From: Caecitellus pseudoparvulus
Taxonomy: Eukaryota > Protista > Bigyra: Bicosoecida
Assembly: GCA_965644315.1 (NCBI GenBank)
Contig: CBFFRQ010000019.1
Coordinates: forward strand, 124,001-188,000
Direction of reading: 5' to 3'
Length of the DNA: 64,000 bases
Shown here in pieces: positions 11,276 to 21,800 of the stretch. The position numbers were made by a program, and so were the translations under genes. The number at the start of each line of letters is the position of its first letter. Position 1 is the stretch's first letter. The notes beneath the pieces are model-generated. The model was not told the DNA's origin. It saw only the letters and a program-made list of their open reading frames with translations, and searched no databases.

Positions 11276-12017
11276 GTCTGTAGCTCAGAGAGAGGGCGAG
11301 CAATCAACTCCAGGCGATGGTGGACGGCGGAAATTGCCTGCCGCGCTTGGAGCAGAGTCAGGCACGATGCGCCTGCAAAGCACACAGCACTCAGTTCACA
11401 CAAACAGAGCGACTGTACTGCTTGGATTGAAGATGTGCGTTTTGAAAGGTGGGCAGAGTGGATCTCAGAACAGCGGAGGGCCACGTGTACCAAGGCCCGA
11501 GCTGCTCAATGGCCCATGCTCCGATTGGCGCCGCGTGGGCCTTGAAACACCTACACGCGGAGCAGGAACGCAATAAGGGGCGGGGGTGCTCAGACGTGAC
11601 CACGCTAAACTTCTTGTCAAGCGGCTTGGGACTGGCACCCCGGGCGTATCCTTCCTTGTGTGGACCGACTCGACAAACTGCAACGGTCGCACCATGCCCA
11701 AAAACAGACCACCAGTTGACTAACACCGACGTTCACCACGGGGATTCAAACCAGAGCTCCCCGGACGCCATACTGCAACGTTGTGACTCAAAGCAGTGGG
11801 CCCAATCAAGCTTCTCCACGCAGCTCAACAATCCCCTCCCTCCACTCACCCCACAAACCCATACTTCAATCAAAACACGCTTCCCGAACTGGCAATGAAC
11901 CAAGATCCCATGCAGAATGTGCGATGATAGCAGCGGATTGAATCGGCGTGCCTTGTCCCACGGATGTAGAGACTTGCACGATAGGGAAACCACTCGCGAT
12001 ATCAGTGCAGCCAGAGC

Positions 12018-13022
12018 ATGGCAGCTCAGACCCGAAGGTCCGGGCGGATGGTATCACCAAGCAAAGCAACGTGGCCCTCCCTTGACGTAGTTTTCATCCT
12101 TGATATATCACGGAGGCCTGAGGGTGAATCCTCACGGGCAGCGCTGAACGCTGTGCGCCGCATCGCCAATGAGACACTGCGGCCACACGACAAGGTCTCC
12201 ATCATCCTCTTCAGTGACGACGTGCAAGAAGCCCTGACTCGCACCCCTCTATCTCGCATAAAATGGGGCCTTCTCGGCAAGCAGTTCAGCGACGACGGCG
12301 AGGGCGGCCTGCGTGTCGTCGGCTGCACGGCCCTCTGGGACGCCGTCGACTCCGCCATGACCCTCGTACACAAGCGCAAGTTCGATCCAGGGCATGACCC
12401 ACCCCACCCGTACATCGTCGTGCTGACAGATGGCGAGGACAACTCCTCGGACACGGACAACATCAAGAAAGTGCGCGAGGGTATACTGCGCAAGCCATCC
12501 GAGCACGGCCTGCGTGGGAAGACCATGGCCCACTTGCACCTGCTGTTCCTGGCAGTAGGTGACTCTGCCAAGGCCTGCATCGAGCCCGTCATCACAGACG
12601 ACGGCGGCAAGCTGCCCCCGCACATCAAGCTGCACAGCTCCGCAGATGTGCACGACGAGGCCGGGCTTGACAAGCTTCTGCATTGGGCTGGGAGAGTCGT
12701 CGCTGATTTTATCATCAAGACACAAAAGTTCCATTTGTTCCGATTGAAGCAGCAGAGAGAACGAATTCGAAAGGGGAAAATGTGTGGAAGTTCTGCTTCG
12801 GTTGGGGCACGCCGCACTCGAAGGCCAGGCTCCACCTCAACGAAGCAGGTCACACGCTCTCGCACTGGAGCGAAGCAAAACCGAAAAGCAGGAAACGAAA
12901 GGAACCCTAACGCTGACAAAGCGCACGTCCCCCCTCAGCCCACTGAAGCCACATGGTTCTCAATCTTAAAGTTTGTCGTCTGTTGCTCGTGTTGTGGCCG
13001 ACCGAAGACGAAAGTTCAGTGA
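12018..13022 (+). CDS. von Willebrand factor A domain protein, paralogue 1 (degenerate MIDAS, Cys-rich C-terminus)
   Basis: DVVFILDISRRP, KVSIILFSD, GCTALWDAV and IVVLTDGEDNSS; C-terminal WFSILKFVVCCSCCGRPK. Confidence 0.8.
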   Translation: MAAQTRRSGRMVSPSKATWPSLDVVFILDISRRPEGESSRAALNAVRRIANETLRPHDKVSIILFSDDVQEALTRTPLSRIKWGLLGKQFSDDGEGGLRVVGCTALWDAVDSAMTLVHKRKFDPGHDPPHPYIVVLTDGEDNSSDTDNIKKVREGILRKPSEHGLRGKTMAHLHLLFLAVGDSAKACIEPVITDDGGKLPPHIKLHSSADVHDEAGLDKLLHWAGRVVADFIIKTQKFHLFRLKQQRERIRKGKMCGSSASVGARRTRRPGSTSTKQVTRSRTGAKQNRKAGNERNPNADKAHVPPQPTEATWFSILKFVVCCSCCGRPKTKVQ

Positions 13023-14085
13023 CAGATCGGCCTGCGAAAGTTTCTAGCCTGCCACTGTACGTCAAGTGCGTGAAGTCGGGCGTGTTTAGCGTCACATGCA
13101 TGTGCTCACTCACGCCCATCACTGCACAATGCAAGATTCGTGGCAGCAGCCCCCCCTTCCCCCAAGCCACACACCCCTCATCCTCTACCTCTCACTTCCC
13201 ACCCCATTCCAAACCCAACTGCTCACACATACCCATCCACAACAACACCTTCAGCTTTCGCCACGACAGCACAACTACACGCAGCATCACCAACAGCGCA
13301 ACTAGCGCCAGGCACGCGCGGAAGGGTCGCATCCACTCGGCAGCAACAAGTTGTCAGTTTGGGGCAACCACTTTCCATAGCCTGCCAGTCTGCAAGCATG
13401 GCCAGTCAGTCCAGTACCACTGTGCGGAAGGTCGTCAAGACACACACACAAGTCGTACCTGGAGGGGTTGCCAAGCGCCGACCCAATGTGGACATGGTCT
13501 TCGTCCTTGACATCTCCGGCAGCATGGCCGGCCGGCCAACACGCCAAGTGATGCAGGCCGTGCGCCGCATCGCCAATGAGACGCTGCGGCCACACGACAA
13601 GGTCTCCATCATCCTCTTCAGCAATGAGGTGAAGCGTGCCATGATCCGCGTCCCGCTGCACAAGCTGGACTGGGACCGCTTCGACGGGGAGCACGGCGAC
13701 GGGAAGGGCGGCCTGCGTGTCGTCGGCTGCACGGCCCTCTGGGACGCCGTCGTCTCCGCCATGACCCTCGTACACAAGCGCAAGTTCGATCCAGAGCATG
13801 ACCCACCCCACCCGTACATCGTCGTGCTGACAGATGGCGAGGACAACTCCTCGGACACGGACAACATCAAGAAAGTGCGCGAGGGTATACTGCGCAAGCC
13901 ATCCGAGCACGGCCTGCGTGGGAAGACCATGGCCCACTTGCACCTGCTGTTCCTGGCAGTAGGTGACTCTGCCAAGGCCTGCATCGAGCCCGTCATCACA
14001 GACGACGGCGGCGAGCTGCCCCCGCACATCAAGCTGCACAGCTCCGCAGATGTGCACGACGAGGCCGGGTTGGACAAGCTTCTGC
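12301..14085 (+). repeat. Near-identical ~380-bp direct repeat shared by the two vWA genes (12301-12681 vs 13705-14085)
   Basis: Direct comparison at offset 1404 shows about 5 mismatches. A further ~60-bp shared block lies upstream (~12153-12214 vs ~13560-13621). Confidence 0.93.
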
Positions 14086-14651
14086 GGGTGGCGGAGCAGG
14101 CAGTGACCGAGTACGTGACACAGACAACGACAATCACTCAAGTCACTCGCACACGTCACCATGCAAGGCGAGGTGGCGGGGGTGGGGTGTACAGCACTGC
14201 CGATGCAGCCACTGCTGACAGCGGGCCAGCCGGCGCAAAGATCCGCTTCGAACCAGGTGGAAGTGGTGTACACTCCCCTGCAGTGCACCATAGTCCCTCC
14301 AAGGGGACTCCGTACCGACGTGATGGGGACCACAGGCGAGGCCGGGGCAGAGGCAGAGGCGGAGGCCGGGGCAGAGGCGGAGGCGGCGGCGGAGGCCGGG
14401 GCAGAGGTGGAGGCCAAGGTGGGGGTCGAGGCGGAGGCGGGGGCAGAGGCCGGGGTGGTGGCAGAGGCGGAGGTGGGGGTCGAGGTTCACCGCATTCACG
14501 CAGGTCGGGCAACCATCCCCGCTCAGGCACAAGAGGGCCGGGTGATAGACATCCAAGCGCACACGGCAGCAGCCCCAGCTCGGGCCCTCCTCCGACGGCG
14601 CCTTTCGGCTTCGCGTCGCTGGAGCATGAATCAGACCCGACTGGGCGCTGA
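13398..14651 (+). CDS. von Willebrand factor A domain protein, paralogue 2 (intact MIDAS, RGG-rich tail)
   Basis: DMVFVLDISGSM (DxSxS), GCTALWDAV and VVLTDGEDN; long RG/RGG low-complexity tail. Confidence 0.85.
   Translation: MASQSSTTVRKVVKTHTQVVPGGVAKRRPNVDMVFVLDISGSMAGRPTRQVMQAVRRIANETLRPHDKVSIILFSNEVKRAMIRVPLHKLDWDRFDGEHGDGKGGLRVVGCTALWDAVVSAMTLVHKRKFDPEHDPPHPYIVVLTDGEDNSSDTDNIKKVREGILRKPSEHGLRGKTMAHLHLLFLAVGDSAKACIEPVITDDGGELPPHIKLHSSADVHDEAGLDKLLRVAEQAVTEYVTQTTTITQVTRTRHHARRGGGGGVYSTADAATADSGPAGAKIRFEPGGSGVHSPAVHHSPSKGTPYRRDGDHRRGRGRGRGGGRGRGGGGGGGRGRGGGQGGGRGGGGGRGRGGGRGGGGGRGSPHSRRSGNHPRSGTRGPGDRHPSAHGSSPSSGPPPTAPFGFASLEHESDPTGR
14336..14486 (+). repeat. Coding low-complexity G-rich repeat (RGRGRGGG...)
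   Basis: Repeated ggcagaggc/ggaggccgg units encoding an RG/RGG tract. Confidence 0.85.
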
Positions 14652-14821
14652 GAAGTGGCGTAGTCGCAGACATTCGTGAAGTGCAATCCAGTGCCAAGAC
14701 ACAAAGGCATACCAGGGAATGTTCACTCGTTTAACTTGAAGAGGTACAACACAATGAATTGCTTTGCTATGGAATCACCAGATATGTCCACGGATCGAGT
14801 GATCAGCTAGGTACAGCTTGG

Positions 14822-16905
14822 TCACATGGCACTCGTGCCAAGTCCATCAAAGAAGAGGGCAACATGCCCAGGATTTTGCGGCTGCTGCATGCTCCCATCC
14901 ACACTGGGATGAAGGCTGCCTGTCCAGTCAAAAGCTCTGCCTGGTGAAAAAGGTGGCGAGAGAAGAAAGCCATCCAGCTCTGCTCCACACCTTGGCGACA
15001 AAGAGAACGCGTCACTGCTTCCCCACGGTCCAGGAGCGTTGAATGGCTGGGGCAGCACAGGGTGCCGCGGACCCTGCGTCAGGCTTGCCATATCTTGCTT
15101 CATGCGCTGAAACATGGCTTCTTCTTCAGCATCGTCGTCTTCGGCAGTTTCCCCATGGCCGTGGGCGGCTCTCGCTGCGCAGGCCATCTCCCCGGTCTGC
15201 CCAGGTGCTGGAATCTGCGCAGGACTCGGAGCTTGGCCACTTGACGCCTCTGTCAAGAAGGTAGACACATCCACAGAGGGCGGCAGCCTATGCTCCCCTT
15301 CACACTCACTCTGGTCGCCACACGGATGCCCGGAGTGGGTGCTGGTGAGGGGGCCAGGTGGTGGTGGAGGCGGGATGCCGGCGCTGGCCACTGCCGCCGT
15401 GGGAAAAACCATGTGACGCGTACCAGCCATGGACCGATGGTGACAGTGTTGCCCCCTCCCCACACCTTCCGGGCCACTTGGTTTGCCGGGGCCTTGTACA
15501 TGGCCAAGTGCAGCTGGTGCTGCAACTTGACCACTGGTAGTTGCGGATGCCTCCCGGGCTTCAGCTGCAGCGGCTGCAGCTGCGAGGCGGGCCCTCCAAG
15601 CACTGCCTCCGTCCTTGTGGGCCACATTTAAATGGTGCAGGAACTTCCCCGTGCCGTTCCATGAGTACCAAATCTGCTCCCTCTCCTCCAGCTGGCACAA
15701 GGGACACACACGGTCCACCCACGCACCTTGACGGAAGAGTCCAGCGTACACCTCCCGCAGTCTGCTTGCTTCTGGAGCCGGCACAAAGCTGATGCGCGTG
15801 TACTTCCCACAGACGCTGCGGAGGTAGTCAACTGTCTCTTGCTCGACAGGGGGCGGAGTGGGGTACCCTACCACCGGCGTAGGGGGCACGTGAACCGATC
15901 GGCGGCGGGTCGGCTGGGTGACATCGGGCACGCCTCCTGCTGCACGGGTGCGCTTTGTGCCTCGTCGTGTGATGGAAGCCCCTGAGGATGCCGTGGTAGC
16001 CACCGCGCGCTCTTGGCTCCGGTGCACTCGCTGCAAGTGCCGCCAGAACTCGAGCCCTGTGGAACGACTGGCCTTCAAGCACGAGGCAGGGTCCTTGCCT
16101 GCCTCTGCACAAAGGTGGCAGAAAACCTTCACATCCATGCGACGCTTCCTGGAGGATGCCTTGGTGGCGGCGTGGGGGGGTAGTGGCTTGACGGCAGCGT
16201 CGGAAGCCAAGGTCGGAGAGGTGGCTTCCGAGGATGGTGACGTTGCGGGCGAACCTGCAACGTCAGGGCAGTGCACAGCTGCATCCGCGCACCATTGAGG
16301 GAAGTGGGCATGGAAACCATCAAAGACTGCCTTTGGTGCGGTGCCAAGGCTGCATGCACAGTTGGCAGCCTGTCGCATGGCACGAAAGGCAGCCTGCAGA
16401 GGGCGGTGGGAAACGCTCCCCTCCTCAGCACCAGTGCCGGAAGGGGCAGGGTCTTGCGCAGGACTCGGTGAGGTGCCAGAGGTATCAGAGTCGTCAACTT
16501 CCCTGGAGTTCGTGCGCGAGGCAACACTGTCATAGTCTGCACTTGTATGTGCGCCAGGGGTATGGTTGGAGTGGCGAACACCCTGCGGGCGGCAGGTGAC
16601 ACGACGTGATGTGAGAGACGGCATCAAAAGCCGCACTGCAGCTTGCAAAGGGTACGCACAACCTTCCCGGCAGCCCCGCTCATCACTTTCTCGGATGCTG
16701 ACATGCATGAAGGATCCATCAGGGACACTGGCTCTTCGCTATGGCCAGGTGCGAATCCAGGATAGGGAGAAGGGCGGCTGACAGAAGCTGCAGCCTGCGC
16801 AAGCGTTTCTCCGGCTTGGCGTGCTGCCCCCACCTCAGGACGGTGGGAGGCGGGGCGCCCAGGCTCATGGCAGGAGCTCGGCATGGCTGTTTCGTGTCGT
16901 TCCAT
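14822..16905 (-). CDS. Protein with two BED-type zinc fingers in a disordered scaffold
   Basis: Proposed exons 16905-16660 and 16582-14822 (GTGCGT..CGCAG, phase 0). Fingers VFCHLC..STGLEFWRHLQRVH and RVCPLC..NGTGKFLHHLNVAH. Confidence 0.7.
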
Positions 16906-17260
16906 GGACAGTGAGGTGACAGTGATGAAAATTAGTGATGAGACGGTTCTCCTCGCCGCGTCCTTCGCAAAGAGTGCTAGCTTGGAAGGTGCAGCAGCTG
17001 GCTGTCACTCGCGACGAGCTGGCACAGTCGATGGCGTGCCCAGAAGCAGGCGAGTCAGAAACTCGTCAGATAAGGGCTGGTGGACATGGAGACTATGTGA
17101 ATGCTGAAAGGGTTGCAAGGGCGGAGACATGCAGTCGAGTAAATTGACAGGGGTGGGGAAATGCCGCCTCCAATGGTGACATGTGGGCTTCGTATGACGG
17201 AAGAAACGCCGCCGAAGCCGACCGGCGTTTCAGAACCATTGGTCTGGGCCCAGGGGTATA

Positions 17261-18457
17261 TCAGTGCCCCACCTCGCCACCCTCCTTGGTTTGGAGCGGT
17301 ACATGAGCCATTCTGGATACTTTGCACGCGACATACGCTGCAGCGAACTCACTGGGGGCTGGCACGTGGTGGGGCACCTGTGCCTTCACAGCCACGCCAG
17401 CTTCCTGCAGCAGCCGCACTTTCCTGGGGTTGTTGGTCATCAGCCGCACGCTGGGCACACCCACATCACGAAGAATGTCAGCAACAGCACCATACTCACG
17501 AATATCGTCAGGCAGCCCCAGGGCTCGGTTGGCATCAACCGTGTCAGCTCCACAGCAGGCTTGCAGCGCGTATGCTGCTACCTTGTTGCTCAAGCCGATG
17601 CCGCGGCCTTCTTGGTTCAGGTACACCACCATGCCACCGTGGGGTGCGGGCTCCGCTTGCACCAGCTGCATCGCGCTCTCCAGCTGCAGGCGACAATCAC
17701 ACTTCAACGACCCAAAGAGCTCGCTCGTCGCACAAGCGTCGTGCACTCGCACCAGTGGCACCAGTTCTTGGGAGGCTGGCGCCTGCGCCGCCTCGGAGCT
17801 TGGGATGGCCGCTGCCTGAGCGGGTGTCGCCTCAGCGCCGCGGGCAGGGGCGCTTGCTCGCTGCAGAAGTGTACCAGGTGGCGCCAAGTGCAGGGCGTGC
17901 ACTAATGCGGGAGACAGCATGGCCACGGCTTCTTTGCCACTCTCCCTGCAAATGTACACCCGCATGAGGAAAGCTCCGTGCATGGTGGGCAGGGGGGCCT
18001 GGGAGGCAAATGTAAAGGAGCCATGTGCCTGCGAGCACTGCCGGGCAGATGATGCCGTGTCACACAGCGGGGCAGGAGCGATGACTGCTGCCCTTCGCGT
18101 GGAACATGCACATGCCTCCGGGTTGCTCGTGCGCACGGAGCCCTCTGCTGCGCAGCTGCGGGGACTGCTCTGCTGTGCGGCGCCCTCGAACTGCGCGCCT
18201 TCCACTCCACCCCCACCATCGGCAACACTGGTCGGACCAGGTTCCCCGCTAGACGCACGGAGCTTTGTCATGCCAGACCCACCTGGAGTGGCCTGGCACT
18301 CCGCAGCCTCTCCCGGCACCACCAGCCCTGGTGCTCCAGTCTGGGCCTCGGCTGGAGACATGTGCACCAAGGAATCTCTGGAAGCCTTCTGGACGCCTTG
18401 CCCGCCTTCAGCGGCTCTGCAGCTGCCCACGTGCCCATCACCCCGAGGCCTCTTCAT
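17261..18457 (-). CDS. ribA: GTP cyclohydrolase II (riboflavin biosynthesis), monofunctional, with N-terminal extension
   Basis: LPTMHGAF, PLVRVHDACATSELFGSLKCDCRLQL (three Zn-binding Cys), QEGRGIGLSNKVAAY, DTVDANRALGLPDDIREY and LMTNNPRK. Confidence 0.95.
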   Translation of the reverse strand: MKRPRGDGHVGSCRAAEGGQGVQKASRDSLVHMSPAEAQTGAPGLVVPGEAAECQATPGGSGMTKLRASSGEPGPTSVADGGGGVEGAQFEGAAQQSSPRSCAAEGSVRTSNPEACACSTRRAAVIAPAPLCDTASSARQCSQAHGSFTFASQAPLPTMHGAFLMRVYICRESGKEAVAMLSPALVHALHLAPPGTLLQRASAPARGAEATPAQAAAIPSSEAAQAPASQELVPLVRVHDACATSELFGSLKCDCRLQLESAMQLVQAEPAPHGGMVVYLNQEGRGIGLSNKVAAYALQACCGADTVDANRALGLPDDIREYGAVADILRDVGVPSVRLMTNNPRKVRLLQEAGVAVKAQVPHHVPAPSEFAAAYVACKVSRMAHVPLQTKEGGEVGH

Positions 18458-18551
18458 TGTTATTTCTTTAGAAGGGCTGATTCCAGTCTCCTCCTTGCAG
18501 AGGCTTCAGACACAAGCCTTTCCGTACAGGCCTTGCTCGCTCCGGCGCTAC

Positions 18552-18564
18552 GTGCGGAAATTGG
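18552..18564 (-). promoter_or_regulatory. Candidate promoter motif ccaatttccgcac upstream of ribA
   Basis: Sense-strand match ~95 nt upstream of the ATG; the motif recurs before other genes. Confidence 0.45.
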
Positions 18565-18843
18565 GCCACGCACGCAATACTTGCACCCGACCGTACGAGC
18601 CAGAAGCTCGCGCACTTACACTATCGGGGTGCGGGTAAGGGGGGAAATGCTGTGTACATTCTGGGGGTCTGAACCCAAATAGTTTTGCTCCCACAACTAG
18701 AAATCATGGCGTGGAGGCTCAGGGGCACATCACTAGCAAAAAGCTGCTGCGCTCCTGTGCAGCCAGGCCCTGGGCCTGACACTGCGTCTCACAGTACAAG
18801 CGCGGGCGAGCAGCGCCGGCAGAATGCCGTGCCCTGTCCTGGG

Positions 18844-21800
18844 CTAGTCGTTTAGCTGCAGAAGCAGGGCCACCCCCCGCCGAATCCAGTGATGCTGGTC
18901 ATGTCTTGACGGCACCTTTACGACCATGACAAAGTTTGAAGAGTGGCCAGTCGTTCGCAGCACCCCCCTGCGCTCTGAAGTGACATACATGGGGCAGGCA
19001 TAGTGCTGGTACTCTTTCAGATCCGATTGGTGTGCAGGCTGCAGCCACATGACGGGCGCAGAGGAGAAGAGCACCTTGGGAGTGCTTTCAGCCAGCACAC
19101 CGCCAGCTTTGTCCCACCGAGCGCCATCCAGGAACATCCCGTGGACGTAGACGCCATCCACAGGGGGTTGGTTGATGCCTTGTTGATCTTGCTTGAGCAT
19201 GTCAACGTTGAACTCGACCTCATCGATGGCCACAGTGTACTTTCGCGCAAAGTTCTGCAGCGCCCCTGTCAGGAAGGACTGGGTAAAGAAAAAGCCTGAA
19301 ATCCAGAACTTGCACGGGGTCCCCGACGCGAACCAAGCATCGAAGAAGTCCAAGCGCGCTGCAAGGTCAGTGACGAAGCCACCCAAGGGCTTCAAGGATG
19401 GGTACGAACGTGCCCTCCACATGGCTGGGACACGGCCGAAAAACAGGTCATCACTCAGTTCCTCCAACGCACCAGACATGAGCACCAGCCCTGACATTGC
19501 CTTTTGCACTGCAGCAAGTGACGAGTGCACCAAGGACAACAAGCGATTGAAACGAGCGAGCTCTTGAGTCAGAACGGTGTTCATGCTCTCAGCCCAGTCG
19601 ACAGGGAACTTGGCAGCGACAGCCTCCAGGTCATACTCGAGGCGGAGCTTGCTGAGGATGTCGGCCGCGACGCCTGCAACCATGTCTTCGCGTCGCTGGC
19701 CAGATGCCCCACTCCCTGCACCACCGGTGCCGCCTTTCCCCCTTTCAGTCACCAAGACATCATCAAACAAGGCAGTCGTCTCGCGTTGATCCTTCGACAA
19801 GTTGGCGTTCGAGTGCAGGCCGAAGGCGGCCGGCTGTGCCACGCCGGGCAAAGTGTCGATGAAGGCAAGGTACTCCTCATGGGAAGCTACATCTGGACCC
19901 GGCGTGCACCAGGACCCAGTGGGGTCCAGTGCATGCCCTGGAGTGTGAACTTCAGGGCAGTACGCCACTTTAAGGAGGCTCATGAGAGCCCGCCGATCCT
20001 TGTCGTCTGTCACACGCCCACCATAGTTGCACTGGCCTGTAAGGTATGTCAAAGCCGCATATGGGATGGCTCCTGGCCCCGCCGGTTGCCCGGGAGCAGT
20101 CCTCGTGTAGTTGGGGTCATCCAAGAAGATGGCAAGCTGCTGGACTGAGATGCGGAGGTCTGATTCGTTGAACTCGTAAGGAATGTTCCAGCCAAGTGGG
20201 CCGAACTCGCGGCGCTCCTGCACGAGAGCATGGAAGAAGGCGAGGCCAAAAAGCATACGGCGGAATGCCTGCCCATTCTTTACCCCATTGAAGAACTCAG
20301 GGTTGGAAATTGGATCAGACAAGTAGGATCGGCGGAGGTTGTTGCGGAGCCCGGCAGGGGGCTCCAGCGTCATCTTCACCCCATTCTGCAGCATGGAAAG
20401 GGGAAAATCGGCGCTTGGGTAGGAAGTTGTCCACAACCGGAACTTTGGGTGGGGGGGCAACTGCCCAGCTGCGGCCGCTTCTCCGGCGCCTGAGGCAGCG
20501 TCCGCCAAGTCTTCGCATATCCTCTCCAAGCGGGGCATCCAGGAGACAGCCAAGTGGCAATTCTGCAGAACGACCCAGGAGCCAACCTTTCGAGCTTGTG
20601 CGATGAGGGCTTCTGCCTTTGGCCCCTGGCCCTGCCCAAGCGAAATGGGCTCAACGCTGACGCCGACTGTGGCAGCGAAGGCCAGCAGCTCCGCCATGGG
20701 GTCAGAGCCTGGTGAGAGCACGAAGATCAGTGGTTGACTTGCAGATGAGTCAGCATGCGAAGCTGCCAAATCAAAGGGTGGCGGGGTGAGGAAGCGTTCG
20801 CCCATGCTGGCGCCGACAAACTCCTGCACCGCCACAAGGACCTTGTCTGGGCGTATGCAACGCAGGACAATTATCTTTTGCAGGCGAGTAAGAAAGCCAA
20901 GCTGGCCCCATCGACCAGGAAGATCAGCTTGATGGGGCATCTCTGAGTCGTACAAGCGACGCCACGCGTCCGGGTCACTTTCCACGTCTGCTCTTAGCCC
21001 ACGGAAAGTGGACAATTCACTCAAGCGGCACAACTCACCCCAGCTCTTCTCTGGTAGCCACTGTGGCGCGGGATTGGGAAACTCATTCTGCCCCACAGCA
21101 ACTCCCCCAGTAAGCAAGAAGAACCACTCGGCAGGGTCGACATCTCCCCGCCCTTGCATGATGCGAACGGTGAGAAGGAAAGAAAAGAGCAGCTTGTGCC
21201 GCTCAAACAGTGAGCGGCAGATGTTCGTGTACAGGGAGAAGGTGAAGTGGTCATTGAGGTTGCTTATCCGCGTGGCCAGGTTGTCGCTGCGCTTGGAGCC
21301 AGCAATAGAGCTGAGGAACAGCCCGGAGAACCAGTTCATGGAGTACTGGTACATCGGGTCCACGGAGCCCATGTCTGAGATGCAGAAGAAGAGGCGTGAG
21401 GCATGAGCTGCAACAGGAACATACCCAGCCCTCGTCTCATCAATGGCAGCTTCTGTCTTCGCTGCCACTGCCTGCTTCTGCATGATGTCGTTGCTCAGCT
21501 CTTTGCTCTCATTCAGAACCGAGATGGCCGTCTCATCTTCCAGAATGTTACCTTCACGGCTGAGCACTTCCAGGATTCGGTCCTCCAGCTCTGCAAGCGA
21601 TCGGGTATTCTCAGCGCCTTCAACAAGCAGCCGCGCTTTCTCTGCTGCCAAGTCTGGACGCTCCTGCTCTACAACTGTGCCCAGGAGCTGGTCCTGCAGC
21701 CCCGCTGGCGTGATCATGAAGTTCAACAAGGTAACCTTCGTGCTGACCTCTGGAAGGTAGTGAGGGTTCCGGAGCTTCGTTGTGATGAACAGAGAGAAAC

